From Nitrospirota bacterium (GTDB taxonomy: Bacteria; Nitrospirota; Thermodesulfovibrionia; UBA6902), in NCBI GenBank assembly GCA_016213945.1, contig JACQZF010000048.1, forward strand, positions 33,854 through 97,853: a DNA stretch of 64,000 nucleotides. Reading direction: 5' to 3'. Made by a program: the position numbers and the translations under genes. Below, piece after piece: positions 46,665-56,790 of the stretch. Within the stretch, counting starts at the first letter, position 1. Each line of letters starts with the position of its first letter. Under the pieces are notes generated by a model. That model saw only the letters and a program-made list of their open reading frames with translations. It was not told the origin of the DNA and made no database searches.

Positions 46665-48032
46665 ATGAAATATCAAAGTCAGAAAATAGCAGTCAATTTT
46701 TACACGGCTGCATTGCTGCTTTTTGCCGTGCAAGTTGTAGTAGGCATAATTGCGGCGCTGCAATTTATGTGGCCGGATTTCTTTATCCTTAACTTCAACA
46801 CCATTCGCACATTGCATATTAATGCGCTGGTTGTTTGGTTGCTGATGGGAATGATGGGCGCGACATATTATGTAGTCACTGAGGAATCGGAAACAGAGTT
46901 GTGGAGCATTCCGCTGGCGCAGCTCCAATTCTGGGCAACCGTCATTGCTGTAACCGCTGTTGTAGTCGGCTATATTGTGATGGGTGTGTTCCCACAGGCT
47001 AATATAGAAGTGTTCGGCACACAGTTGCTAAACGAAGGCCGGGAATACATTGAAGCGCCGAGATGGGCGGACATACTAATCGTCGTATCAGTGCTACTGT
47101 TTTTGTTTAACTGCCTCATGACGGTTTTCAAAACAAAAAAGTTTACCGCGGTCCAGGGAGTGCTGCTTGGCGGCCTGACCTTTCTGGCGCTTATGTATCT
47201 TCCGGGAATGTTTTATACAAAGAGCATGGTGAAAGACCAGTTCTGGTGGTGGTGGGTTGTGCATCTCTGGGTTGAAGGTTCGTGGGAATTAATTGCAGCG
47301 GCGCTTCTGGCATTTATGCTGCATAAACTCCTTGGGGCTGACGTAAAGGTGTTAGCCAAATGGATGTATATCGAGACAGGGCTTGTGCTCTTCACAGGCA
47401 TACTCGGCCTCGGTCACCATTACTACTGGATAGGCACACCGAAATACTGGCTCTGGGTCGGCGGTTTCTTCAGCTCGCTTGAGCCGATACCATTACTGCT
47501 GATGGTGTGGGACGCCTTCAGGACCACACGCGAAACACGCGTAGCTGTGCCAAATAAAATTGGATTGTACCTGACCGTTGCTCACGCAATATTTAATTTT
47601 GTCGGCGCGGGCCTCTGGGGAGTGATACATACACTTCCGCAAGTGAATAAATGGACCCACGGCACGCAGTTGACAACAGCACACGGGCACCTTGCCTTTT
47701 ACGGGGCATATGTACTTTTAATCGTTGCAATGATCTACGTTACCCTGCCGTCAATAAGGGGCGTAAAGGAATTCAACCAGTCAAAGGGTTATCTCGCCTT
47801 CTGGTGGATGACGATCTCAATGGTTTTCATAGTGATAACAATAACAGGCGCCGGAATGGTCCAGACATATCTTGAAAGGCTTCTCGGTCTTGATTATGTA
47901 ACGGTAAAAGCCAGCTACAATCTTTGGTTCTGGATATTCAGGGCGATCTTCGGGGTGGGCTTTCTTGTCGGCGTGTTGATACTTGTTGCTGATTTTTTCA
48001 CTCTCGGCAAAAAACCTTTACCCGCTAAATAA
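46665..48032 (+). CDS. norB: Nitric-oxide reductase large subunit NorB (cNOR, haem-copper oxidase superfamily)
   Basis: Motifs FWWWWVVHLWVEGSWEL, GLGHHYYWIG and THGTQLTTAHGHLAFYGAY. Confidence 0.85.
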   Translation: MKYQSQKIAVNFYTAALLLFAVQVVVGIIAALQFMWPDFFILNFNTIRTLHINALVVWLLMGMMGATYYVVTEESETELWSIPLAQLQFWATVIAVTAVVVGYIVMGVFPQANIEVFGTQLLNEGREYIEAPRWADILIVVSVLLFLFNCLMTVFKTKKFTAVQGVLLGGLTFLALMYLPGMFYTKSMVKDQFWWWWVVHLWVEGSWELIAAALLAFMLHKLLGADVKVLAKWMYIETGLVLFTGILGLGHHYYWIGTPKYWLWVGGFFSSLEPIPLLLMVWDAFRTTRETRVAVPNKIGLYLTVAHAIFNFVGAGLWGVIHTLPQVNKWTHGTQLTTAHGHLAFYGAYVLLIVAMIYVTLPSIRGVKEFNQSKGYLAFWWMTISMVFIVITITGAGMVQTYLERLLGLDYVTVKASYNLWFWIFRAIFGVGFLVGVLILVADFFTLGKKPLPAK

Positions 48033-48068
48033 ATGAAATTCTAAACCCATCCCCCCCTCAAAGAAAAA

Positions 48069-48090
48069 GGTCAGGCAGCAATGCCTGGCC
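48069..48090 (+). terminator. Possible stem-loop after norB (GGTCAGGCA-gcaa-TGCCTGGCC)
   Basis: Imperfect inverted repeat with a weak T tract. Confidence 0.25.
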
Positions 48091-48145
48091 TCCCCCTTCC
48101 TGTTTAGTAAAGCTATAAGCTAAAAGCTATTTTGTAGAATGCGGC

Positions 48146-48688
48146 CTAAAACCAGTACTCTGGATACTTCCTGTTTTTAGAGAGGTTATTTATAAGGAGA
48201 GCAATTATTAAAAGTATAAACGCGCCGAGTCCCGCAGGGATAAAGGCGTAAAGAAAGCCGAGGTCGTGTATCTTTTTGCCGCCGATAACGGCGATCAAAG
48301 CGGTTGCGCCGCCCGGCGGGTGAAGTGTCTTTGTCAGAAGCATGGCCGCAATGGCAAGCGATACAGCTAATGATGATGCCATCCAGATTGTGTCACCAAA
48401 GAGATTATAGCAGGCAACTCCTGCAAGGCCGGATATTACGTGACCGCCGATCAGATTTCTCGGCTGGGCGAGAGGGCTCTTTATCGCGCCATATGCAAGC
48501 ACTGCTGATGCGCCGAAGGAACCGATTAAAAGAGTTGAATCCCTCGGCTCGAAATAATTAATAGACAGGTACCCGCATATACCGATCCCCGCGGCAGAGC
48601 CGAGCCCTGACCAGAGTATTTCCGTGAATGAAACGCCGGGCGGGCTCTGCGCCCCGCCCTTCATCTTTGCGATGTATTTCCTGACCAT
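48146..48688 (-). CDS. HPP family membrane protein (family includes nitrite transporters)
   Basis: 180 aa, 4 TM, with Gly-rich HPP-type helices. Confidence 0.5.
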   Translation of the reverse strand: MVRKYIAKMKGGAQSPPGVSFTEILWSGLGSAAGIGICGYLSINYFEPRDSTLLIGSFGASAVLAYGAIKSPLAQPRNLIGGHVISGLAGVACYNLFGDTIWMASSLAVSLAIAAMLLTKTLHPPGGATALIAVIGGKKIHDLGFLYAFIPAGLGAFILLIIALLINNLSKNRKYPEYWF

Positions 48689-49323
48689 TATTGGGATCCC
48701 CCGATAGCCCTCACGATATCCGCGCGTGAGATAATCCCTATGAGCCTGTTTTCATCATCAACTACCGGAAGCCTCTTGATCCTTTGTTCATCCAGGATCC
48801 TTGCCGCTTCTTTTATGTCGTCATCAGCTTTTGCGGTAATTGCAGGAGAGGCCATGATGTCTTTAATTTTATTGCCTTCCCTGCGTTCAGGCAGAGGCTC
48901 TCCGAATATGTGTCTTAAGATATCTTTAAACGTGTGACCTTTCTTCATTCCGGCAGTGGACAGAATATCCGCTTCAGAGACAACGCCGACGACAATGTTT
49001 TCTTCATCTACAACTGGCAGCCCGCTTATGTTATGTTCGGAGAGAAGCCTCGCCGCCTCATGGAAATCATCCTCCTTCTTGACGGCGATTACGATTCTGG
49101 TCATTATTTCGCCGACGGTGGTCCTGGCAGCAAGCCTCTGCCGCGCATGTTTCAACGCTATTTCGTAAATCTTCCTCAGGTCTTCCTCTGTGACATCGAT
49201 ATAAGTTTTCATCTCACTGAGTGCGGCCCTTAAGTCTTCTTCAGAAATATTGCAGTATTTTTGCGAGTCGTCCATAACACTATTATCATTGAAGCAAAGC
49301 AATTTTCTTATGACGAAAATCAT
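48688..49323 (-). CDS. CBS-domain pair protein
   Basis: Two CBS motifs (…NISGLPVVDEE…, …IKRLPVVDDEN…). Confidence 0.7.
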   Translation of the reverse strand: MIFVIRKLLCFNDNSVMDDSQKYCNISEEDLRAALSEMKTYIDVTEEDLRKIYEIALKHARQRLAARTTVGEIMTRIVIAVKKEDDFHEAARLLSEHNISGLPVVDEENIVVGVVSEADILSTAGMKKGHTFKDILRHIFGEPLPERREGNKIKDIMASPAITAKADDDIKEAARILDEQRIKRLPVVDDENRLIGIISRADIVRAIGGSQ

Positions 49324-49375
49324 ATTTATGATTTAGCTCATGGCATCGCTTCTTCTGCAAATGGTATAAAAAAAC

Positions 49376-50344
49376 ATGAAGCTTACCGTTTACAGGAGAA
49401 CCACCCAGGCAGCGTTCATACTTTTCATACTCCTCATGCCGGTCTTAAACATCTTCCACTATGACGTGGATACGAAGGAGTTGATAGTCTTCGGCAATGT
49501 ATGGGGCCTCGGCCTGCCTGAAGAGTTTTACACTGACCGCAGTATCACAGGGTCGCTTCATGTAGCTTTGCAGTTTTTCCTCAAGGCAATACTGCCGTGG
49601 ATCTTAATTTTATCCGTATTCCCGCTTCTCGGCACGCTTACCGGGAGATTCTTCTGCGGATGGTTCTGCCCGGAGGGGGCAGTATTCGAGCTTTTCGATT
49701 TCTTCACGGTAAAGATCTTCGGCAGAAGAAGCCTGTTCACAAAAAAGCCCAATGACCCCGGAGAACCTGCAAGTAACCGGATGCCCTACATAATCCTTTC
49801 TCTATTCTGCATGATGGCCATTCCGCTTTTTACCGGTATTATGCTTACCGGTTATTTTGTGGCCCCCCGGACAGTGTGGGGGCAGATAATGAACTGGGAT
49901 TTTACATTTGGCGTGAAGGCAGGGATTATCGGGGTTTCCATATATCTGTTCATCTCTGCAATGATCGTCCGTCATGCACTGTGTAAATATGTATGCGGCG
50001 CGGGACTAATGCAAATGTTATTCGGATGGGCCAGCCCGGTTTCATTAAGAATAAAAGCAGACCCCGCAAAACTGGGCGCGTGCACGGATTGCAAGCAATG
50101 CGAAAAGGTATGCTTTATGAATGTAAAACCGAGGCTGTTCAGAAAAGATATCAATTGCGTAAATTGCGGCGCATGTATCTCTGCGTGCACTAAAGAGCTG
50201 GGCAAAGAGAAATGTGTATTCAGTTTTGCGCAATCGAGGCATTGCCCCCTGCCTTCAAAAGAATCCTTCAAGAAACAGGAAAACACTCCGCCGATTCTCA
50301 ACAATCCAATCAGAGATGATAACTGTGAAAAAACCTTCCGTTAA
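49376..50344 (+). CDS. NapH/CcoG/NosR-like membrane-bound polyferredoxin
   Basis: CGWFCPEGA motif, TM helices, and C-terminal 2x[4Fe-4S] (CTDCKQCEKVC / CVNCGACISAC). Confidence 0.6.
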   Translation: MKLTVYRRTTQAAFILFILLMPVLNIFHYDVDTKELIVFGNVWGLGLPEEFYTDRSITGSLHVALQFFLKAILPWILILSVFPLLGTLTGRFFCGWFCPEGAVFELFDFFTVKIFGRRSLFTKKPNDPGEPASNRMPYIILSLFCMMAIPLFTGIMLTGYFVAPRTVWGQIMNWDFTFGVKAGIIGVSIYLFISAMIVRHALCKYVCGAGLMQMLFGWASPVSLRIKADPAKLGACTDCKQCEKVCFMNVKPRLFRKDINCVNCGACISACTKELGKEKCVFSFAQSRHCPLPSKESFKKQENTPPILNNPIRDDNCEKTFR

Positions 50345-50506
50345 GATGCTCATTTTGCCGCATACTTTATAGAATCTTCCTTCACCTTGCAAATTTTCAT
50401 TAGCTTGATTTATGAATGCAGAATAATTTTTTATTAGACAACAGCCACGAACTTTGTACAAAATGAGCTTTATTTTATAAAACAGACGCAATAAGGAGGA
50501 CTTAAC

Positions 50507-50800
50507 ATGGCTTTCGTTTTCTTACGGTATAAGATTGAAAATTACAAAAAATGGAAAACCGCTTTTAATGACGCTTTTGAGATGCGGAAGAAGGGCGGCG
50601 AAAAAAGTTATAAAGTTTTCAGGAGCGCTGACAACCCGAATGAACTGGCTGTTCTCCTTGAATGGAGCAGTATCAGCAACGCCAGAAGGTTTATAAACTC
50701 AAAAGAGGTTCAGCAGTGCATGGCAAAAGCCGGGATAGTAGGAAAACGCGAAATTGCTTTTTTTAAAGAAGCTCCCCAGCCGGAACAATCAGGACATTAA
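50507..50800 (+). CDS. Small ABM/Dabb-like alpha+beta barrel protein (hypothetical)
   Basis: 97 aa; ...ELAVLLEWSSISNARRF... fits an ABM-like pattern. Confidence 0.3.
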   Translation: MAFVFLRYKIENYKKWKTAFNDAFEMRKKGGEKSYKVFRSADNPNELAVLLEWSSISNARRFINSKEVQQCMAKAGIVGKREIAFFKEAPQPEQSGH

Positions 50801-50834
50801 GACTCAGACATGTTACTGATTTTATAAATCTGCC

Positions 50835-51440
50835 TTACAATACGATGATAAAACTTTCTCTCCGGTGAAAGTCTGCCTGCGGCCCGGGATGGATCAACGC
50901 CCAGTAAGCCAATTTACCGTCCCTTGTTTTTATGACCGCGCAGATTCCGGCCTTCAATGCTTGATCTGCCCGGATGATCTTATTCAAGTCGACTTCAACA
51001 GAAAGCAGCAAGGCGCCGGACTTCCTCCGGACGCTGAAAGGGAGTGATGTAAAGGCATGTTCCTCATGCATCCCTTGTCGATAGGATATGAACCTATAGA
51101 CATTCCAGTGCCCGGCAGGAGAAAGATTGAATTCCCAATATTGATCGGATCTTTCAGCGCCGAGAAAGAACTCAAAACAGGTATCCCCCCAAAGAGCGTT
51201 TTTACGGCATGGCACATCTGCCGCCGCAGGGACCAGAAGGTCCGCAACGGGGCCATGACATGCATAGCTGATGGCAAGTGTATTGGAACGCCGGGCGGTT
51301 TTGCCGGTGATCTTTAATTTTGGCAGAAGGCCGGTTGATGAAAATGGCTTCAGGGAAAAGTGGTTAATCATTGCTGGATTATAACAAATTGCATCACAGG
51401 CCCAGATGATTATTTGGCAGTCAGACCGCGGGTATCGCAA
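50835..51440 (-). CDS. Hypothetical protein, possibly DOMON/CBM9-like
   Basis: ORF; only weak motif resemblance. Confidence 0.25.
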   Translation of the reverse strand: MRYPRSDCQIIIWACDAICYNPAMINHFSLKPFSSTGLLPKLKITGKTARRSNTLAISYACHGPVADLLVPAAADVPCRKNALWGDTCFEFFLGAERSDQYWEFNLSPAGHWNVYRFISYRQGMHEEHAFTSLPFSVRRKSGALLLSVEVDLNKIIRADQALKAGICAVIKTRDGKLAYWALIHPGPQADFHRRESFIIVL

Positions 51441-51507
51441 CCGGGCTTGCGCTTTGGCCCTGAAACAGATAGGATTAAATGAACGTTTGGTAAGTGAGGT
51501 TTGAGAG

Positions 51508-51810
51508 GTGGATTATTTTATTTCTCCGGTTTCCGATGAGGAGGTCAGGAGAGAAAAACATAAGGCTCGGGAGCTGCGGAAGACTCAGTGGTGGAAACGG
51601 AAATGCGCCGAAGGAAGGTGTTATTACTGTGGGCGGGAAGTGCCGCTTCATGAGCTGACCATGGACCATATTGTGCCTGTCATACGGGGAGGAAAATCAG
51701 AAAAGAACAACATTGTCCCCGCCTGCAAGGAATGCAATAACAAAAAGAAACACTCCCTTCCCATGGAATGGGAGGAATACCTGACACGGTTTAAGACGGA
51801 AGAAGACTGA
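51508..51810 (+). CDS. Small HNH endonuclease
   Basis: CYYCGREV...LTMDHIVP...NNIVPACKECNNKK. Confidence 0.75.
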   Translation: MDYFISPVSDEEVRREKHKARELRKTQWWKRKCAEGRCYYCGREVPLHELTMDHIVPVIRGGKSEKNNIVPACKECNNKKKHSLPMEWEEYLTRFKTEED

Positions 51811-52014
51811 CTGGTTCGGCATCATAGATGCGCCCTCTTTTATTTTCGACGCACTTACATTTTCTCCCTTGACTAACTGTTTGAGAAACTGTTATTCTGA
51901 AAACAGAATTTTAGAAGTTTTTGCGTACACAAAGGCCCCAAAGACTTTTTGACTTTGTGGCTTTTTTTAATGCCTTCTGAAATTTCAGTTTACAGAAAAG
52001 GAGGTAAAGCAATT

Positions 52015-52212
52015 ATGCAAGGAACTGTGAAATGGTTCAACGAAAGCAAAGGATACGGCTTTATTTCGTGTGAAGACGGAAGCGAAGCTTTTGTCCACCA
52101 CACGTCCATCCAGGGCAATGGTTTTAAGACACTTGCCGAAGGTGACAAGGTTAGCTTTGATACTGAGAAGAGCCCAAAAGGCCTCAAGGCTATCAACGTT
52201 GTAAAATTATAA
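52015..52212 (+). CDS. cspA: Cold-shock protein (CspA family)
   Basis: [17 protein letters not shown]...FVHHTSI, with RBS AAGGAGG 8 nt upstream. The longer ORF from 51949 is unlikely. Confidence 0.85.
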   Translation: MQGTVKWFNESKGYGFISCEDGSEAFVHHTSIQGNGFKTLAEGDKVSFDTEKSPKGLKAINVVKL

Positions 52213-52330
52213 TTAACCGGAAAAGGCTCCCCTTTCTATAGCGGGGGCCTTTTCATTTGGGAAGCACTCAACCAACCGCACAAACAGCGTAATGCTGCTT
52301 TTGGGGAATGTATTTTTTTGCTAAAAAGAA

Positions 52331-53365
52331 TTAAAACTCGTCGCGGTCTGCTTCGGAAATAAACTCCTGATCACCGTTTCCGCTGTTTTGAGGTTGATGT
52401 TCAACCGGTAAGGTTTCCAATTCCCCTATCAATCGAGACATCTCTTCCTGCGTCACTGCGCGAAACGCCCTCGCCCTCAATTTTTTTACCCGCATTCCCC
52501 TTGCATACCATGCAAAGAATTTGCGGAAGTGCATAACGCCGACCTCTTCTCCGCGAAATGCCACGATCAGCGAAAGATGCTCTTTCATAGTTCGCGTAAT
52601 TTCAAAGACATCGGGCCTGCGCGGCTCCGCCCCGCTCTTCAAATACTCATCTGTCTCACGGAATATCCAGGGATTGCCGAGCGCGCCCCTTGCTATTGCC
52701 ACGCCGTCACAGCCTGTCTCATCCAACATTTTTTTAATGAGCGCCGGAGTGAATGCGTCCCCGCTTGCTATCACCGGTATTTGCAAGGACTTTTTTACTT
52801 CACGTATTATGTCGTAATCGACCGTTCCACTGTATCCCTGCGCCTTCGTCCTGCCGTGGATAGAAAGACAGCTCACGCCGGCATCCTGCGCGCGGAGCGC
52901 CGTATCAACTGCATTGATTGAAGAATCATCCCAGCCGGAACGTATCTTGACTGTGACGGGTAAACTGGTATTTTCAACAATTCCTCTCAGGAGTTTTTGT
53001 AACTTCCCGGGCTCTCTGAGAAGCCCGGCCCCTTTCCCTCCTGAGATAACTTTGCTTGCAGGACATGCGGCGTTAAAATCTATGATATCGAATTTGTATT
53101 CCAGGATAATATCCAGCGCCCTTTTGATTATTTCAGGATCAGCTCCGAGCATCTGCACCCCCAAAGGTTTGTCTTCCGCAGACGCAGAAAGCATTTTCAT
53201 GGTGTTCCTGCTTTTAAAAGCAAGGGCCGTGGCGCTGATCATCTCGGTAAATGCCAGTCCGCATCCGAAAGACCTGTTGATTAAACGGAAGGGCAGATCG
53301 CTAATGCCTGCCATAGGGGCAAGGACCAGAGGTGAAGCAAGCTGTAAATTTCCAATTGCAAGCAT
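52331..53365 (-). CDS. dus: tRNA-dihydrouridine synthase
   Basis: LVLAPMAGISDLPFR... and a TIM-barrel FMN site (CP...KV). Confidence 0.8.
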   Translation of the reverse strand: MLAIGNLQLASPLVLAPMAGISDLPFRLINRSFGCGLAFTEMISATALAFKSRNTMKMLSASAEDKPLGVQMLGADPEIIKRALDIILEYKFDIIDFNAACPASKVISGGKGAGLLREPGKLQKLLRGIVENTSLPVTVKIRSGWDDSSINAVDTALRAQDAGVSCLSIHGRTKAQGYSGTVDYDIIREVKKSLQIPVIASGDAFTPALIKKMLDETGCDGVAIARGALGNPWIFRETDEYLKSGAEPRRPDVFEITRTMKEHLSLIVAFRGEEVGVMHFRKFFAWYARGMRVKKLRARAFRAVTQEEMSRLIGELETLPVEHQPQNSGNGDQEFISEADRDEF

Positions 53366-53371
53366 AATGAT

Positions 53372-53974
53372 TTATTTAATTCTCACCCCGAATTTTTTGA
53401 GGCCCCCGGTCAGCGCGGATAGAGGAAGCCCCATCACGTTGAAAAAATCTCCCTCTATTTTCTCAATGAAAACCGACCCGCGTCCCTGAATCGCATATGC
53501 CCCTGCCTTATCCAGCGGTTCCTTTGATTTGACATATATCCGTATATCTTCGGCGCTGAGCTTCTTGAAATACACCTTTGTTTCCACTGAGCGGGATAAT
53601 ATTTTATCGCTGCCGGTATCCATGATTGTGAAGCCGGTTATTACTGAATGCGCCTTACCGTTCAGCCTACGCAGCATCTTCCCGGCTTCTTTTTCAGTAT
53701 GCGGCTTGCCTAACAATTTATTCTTGAAAACTATAAATGTGTCCGCCGCGATGATTATTGCATTTGAGTATTTATTTGCGACAGCTTCCGCCTTTTTGCG
53801 TGACAAGTGTCTTGCAAGCTCACGGGGTTTAAACAGCAGATCAAGGTCCTCCTCATAATCACTCGCCCGGACAGAAAATTTCAGACCTGTTAATTTCAGG
53901 ATTTCCTTTCTCCTCGGCGACGCTGATGCAAGTACTATTTTTCTCCGTGCCTCTGTGTCTCTGTGACTATTCAT
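53372..53974 (-). CDS. maf: Maf-like nucleoside triphosphate pyrophosphatase
   Basis: KIVLASASPRRKEIL... Its start overlaps the upstream gene stop as ATGA. The 19-bp dispersed motif covers the first codons. Confidence 0.8.
   Translation of the reverse strand: MNSHRDTEARRKIVLASASPRRKEILKLTGLKFSVRASDYEEDLDLLFKPRELARHLSRKKAEAVANKYSNAIIIAADTFIVFKNKLLGKPHTEKEAGKMLRRLNGKAHSVITGFTIMDTGSDKILSRSVETKVYFKKLSAEDIRIYVKSKEPLDKAGAYAIQGRGSVFIEKIEGDFFNVMGLPLSALTGGLKKFGVRIK
53938..53973 (+). repeat. Dispersed 19-bp motif copy C (TTTTCTCCGTGCCTCTGTG + TCTCTGTG), overlapping the first codons of maf on the opposite strand
   Basis: Identical 19-mer to copy B. Confidence 0.65.
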
Positions 53975-55152
53975 ACAAACTGCCCCGCTGCATGGCCCGA
54001 CGCCCAGGCCCATTGCAGATTATATCCTCCGAGTTGTCCCGTTACATCAACAACTTCTCCGATAAAATATAAACCCGGGACTTTTTTCGCCTCCATTGTC
54101 TTTGACGAGAGTTCATTTGTATCAACTCCGCCGAGAGTGACCTCGGCGCTGCTGTATCCTTCGCTGCCCGCTGGCTTTATCTCCCAGTTTTTCAGACGTC
54201 TAACGATATCTTCGATATCCTTATCCGCATACTGGTATACGGGTTTTGAGCGTATGTACAGCTCACACCACTTTTGAATAAATCTCTTTGGGAAATACAA
54301 GGCCAGCAGGTTTTTCATTTCCATCCTGCTTTGTCGCTTCTCAATAAAGGTTTCGCGGATATTAAAGTCAGGCAACAGGTCGATGTGAATTGTGTCCCCG
54401 TTGTTCCAGTATGATGAGATCTGAAGTATCGCGGGGCCGCTCAGTCCTTTGTGAGTGAAGAGTATATTACCGTAAAATTCTTTATTATTGCAGCCTACCT
54501 TTGCCTTGACAGAGACACCGCTCAACTCGCTGAAGATACTCAGGTCTTTTCTGTTGAATGTCAGAGGCACAAGCGCCGGCCTTAAGGGCGTGACCTTGAG
54601 GCCGAAGTTTTCAGCAACCTTGTGCCCGAAACCCGTCGCCCCGATTTTCGGATATGAAAGCCCCCCCGTTGCTATCACCAGCGACTTGGAGAGGAAAGTC
54701 CCTCGGCTGGTTGCCACATTAAAAAATTCCTGCTTCCTGGTCCCTGAAATCCGGCAGTTCAGATGTATCTGGACGCCAGCCGCCTCACCTTCCTTTCTGA
54801 TAATATTGATGATCGAGCCGGAACCCTCATCGCAAAACAGTTGCCCGTTTTCTTTTTCATGATATCCGATGCCGTGTTTTACGAGCAGGGAGATAACATC
54901 ACCGGGAGTAAAACGGCTCAGTGCGGATTTGCAGAAGTGCGGATTTTGAGATATATAATGTTCCGGGCCCGTGTTGAGATTAGTGAAATTGCAGTTCCCG
55001 CCGCCGGAGACACGGATCTTTTGTCCTGCTTTTCCGCTGTGGTCAATGACGGAAGCCCTGCGCCCGCGCCTACCTGCCTCGATGGCGCACATCAGCCCGG
55101 CAGCTCCTGCGCCTATAATAACGACATCCCTTTCCATCAAAGAAGTTAACAT
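53971..55152 (-). CDS. HI0933-family NAD(P)/FAD flavoprotein (BaiN / aminoacetone-oxidase-like)
   Basis: DVVIIGAGAAGLMCA..., GGGNCN, and a C-terminal GGYNLQWAWASG. Confidence 0.75.
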   Translation of the reverse strand: MLTSLMERDVVIIGAGAAGLMCAIEAGRRGRRASVIDHSGKAGQKIRVSGGGNCNFTNLNTGPEHYISQNPHFCKSALSRFTPGDVISLLVKHGIGYHEKENGQLFCDEGSGSIINIIRKEGEAAGVQIHLNCRISGTRKQEFFNVATSRGTFLSKSLVIATGGLSYPKIGATGFGHKVAENFGLKVTPLRPALVPLTFNRKDLSIFSELSGVSVKAKVGCNNKEFYGNILFTHKGLSGPAILQISSYWNNGDTIHIDLLPDFNIRETFIEKRQSRMEMKNLLALYFPKRFIQKWCELYIRSKPVYQYADKDIEDIVRRLKNWEIKPAGSEGYSSAEVTLGGVDTNELSSKTMEAKKVPGLYFIGEVVDVTGQLGGYNLQWAWASGHAAGQFV

Positions 55153-55446
55153 GGGATTATTTTACCTGAAACATACATTTGAAAAAATGCAGGGAACCTG
55201 AAGGCCATGCAAATGGGAAGAGAAACAAAAAAGGTACTGTTGGGAAAACTATACAGTTGTTATGAAAACCATACAACTCCTGATCTCCTCCCAAATAATT
55301 AAATCATGTTGTTTGAATAAGATATTCTTAATATTAAAGAGGTTATCACGGCTTTATACTTTGAGGCATTACTTTTGCATCTCAATACGATCCAGTGCTT
55401 TACTGAATAATGGTTTATTAAATTTTCTTCATTAAAGAAAGGATCC

Positions 55447-56766
55447 ATGTGCCGAATCATTGGCCTGTCACTCTTATCCAATAGGCTACGTCTTATAGTT
55501 CTTTTTATCGTCATCTTATCTCTCCATGGATGTGCTACAACGAAAAGCATTCATGAGGGATACCAACCCACTTCAGGACATCTGGAAGATAATATCGAAC
55601 AAAATGAGTTTTCAGTTGCAAAAGGAGATGGTGTCGTTGGCCGGTTGGCATTCATCAGTCTTGAAAAGGGGGATACGCTGCCGGATATTGCAAGGCACTT
55701 CAGCCTGGGAATCAATGGAGTCAGTGCAGCTAATCCAGGGGTAGATATATGGGTGCCTGAGGCCGGAGAACGTATCATGTTGCCTCTGAGTTTTATCCTG
55801 CCGGACGCTCATAGAAGCGGCATTGTGATCAACTTGGCCGCCATGAGGCTTTTTCAATTTAAAGAAGATAGTGAGTCCCTGGCGGTGTTGACCTACCCGG
55901 TCGGGGTCGGTACCGAAGAGCGACCCTCGCCCACAGGTCAAATGTATGTGGAGCGCAAGGTAATCCGGCCGACCTGGCATGTGCCTGCCTCAATTGCCAA
56001 GGATCATCTAAAAAAAGGAGATCCTCTGCCCGCTAAAGTTCTGCCGGGACCCCAAAATCCCTTGGGAGAATACGCGCTATATTTAAGTAAGTCGAGTTAT
56101 TTGATCCATGGCACTAATAAACCGGCCAGCATTGGTCTTAGGGCAACCAATGGCTGCATAAGACTCTATCCAGAAGACGTGAAGAATCTCTATGAGAACA
56201 CTCCGGTTAAAACACCTGTAAGCATCGTTAACCAGCCATATCTCGTAGGTCAGCGTGATGGAGTAGTTTACATGGAAGTTCATGCGCCCCCGGAAGATTT
56301 GGACGCTGTTGAGTTTGATAAGATATATGCAAAATTGAGAAATATTGAAAAGGAATCGGGGCGCACGCTTGACTGGAGTAAAGTTAAGAAAGTATTGGCC
56401 GAGGCCCGGGGGATTCCTGTACCCATATTCGAGATCAGGCAAGGAAGTGGAAAAGGGGTTGCGGAAACCATAGAACTCAGGCACCCGGGTGGATTATCTG
56501 GCAGACCAGAAATACCAGAACTGAAAACAGAGGCGTGGTCTGTTTTGGCTGCTGACGTGCATGACGAGATTGATGCTTTGAGGCTTGCCGCCATTATCAA
56601 CCACCAGGGCCCACAAATTCCGGCAAGGGTGTTATCAAAGAACGTTAGCTACCGTGTTATCGCTGGCCCTTTCAATGATATCAGAGAGGCCAAAGATGCA
56701 ATCAAACGCTTGAAAATTGATTTGGAAATAGATGGTATATTGATTGAACCTGTCAATAAGAGATAG
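55447..56766 (+). CDS. L,D-transpeptidase with an N-terminal LysM-like and a C-terminal SPOR-like domain
   Basis: Lipoprotein signal, GDTLPDIARHF, the YkuD catalytic region (…HGTNKPASIG...TNGCIRL), and a C-terminal YRVIAGPFNDIREA... Confidence 0.75.
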   Translation: MCRIIGLSLLSNRLRLIVLFIVILSLHGCATTKSIHEGYQPTSGHLEDNIEQNEFSVAKGDGVVGRLAFISLEKGDTLPDIARHFSLGINGVSAANPGVDIWVPEAGERIMLPLSFILPDAHRSGIVINLAAMRLFQFKEDSESLAVLTYPVGVGTEERPSPTGQMYVERKVIRPTWHVPASIAKDHLKKGDPLPAKVLPGPQNPLGEYALYLSKSSYLIHGTNKPASIGLRATNGCIRLYPEDVKNLYENTPVKTPVSIVNQPYLVGQRDGVVYMEVHAPPEDLDAVEFDKIYAKLRNIEKESGRTLDWSKVKKVLAEARGIPVPIFEIRQGSGKGVAETIELRHPGGLSGRPEIPELKTEAWSVLAADVHDEIDALRLAAIINHQGPQIPARVLSKNVSYRVIAGPFNDIREAKDAIKRLKIDLEIDGILIEPVNKR

Positions 56767-56790
56767 AAAAAGAAAGGAGGTGATTAGACA

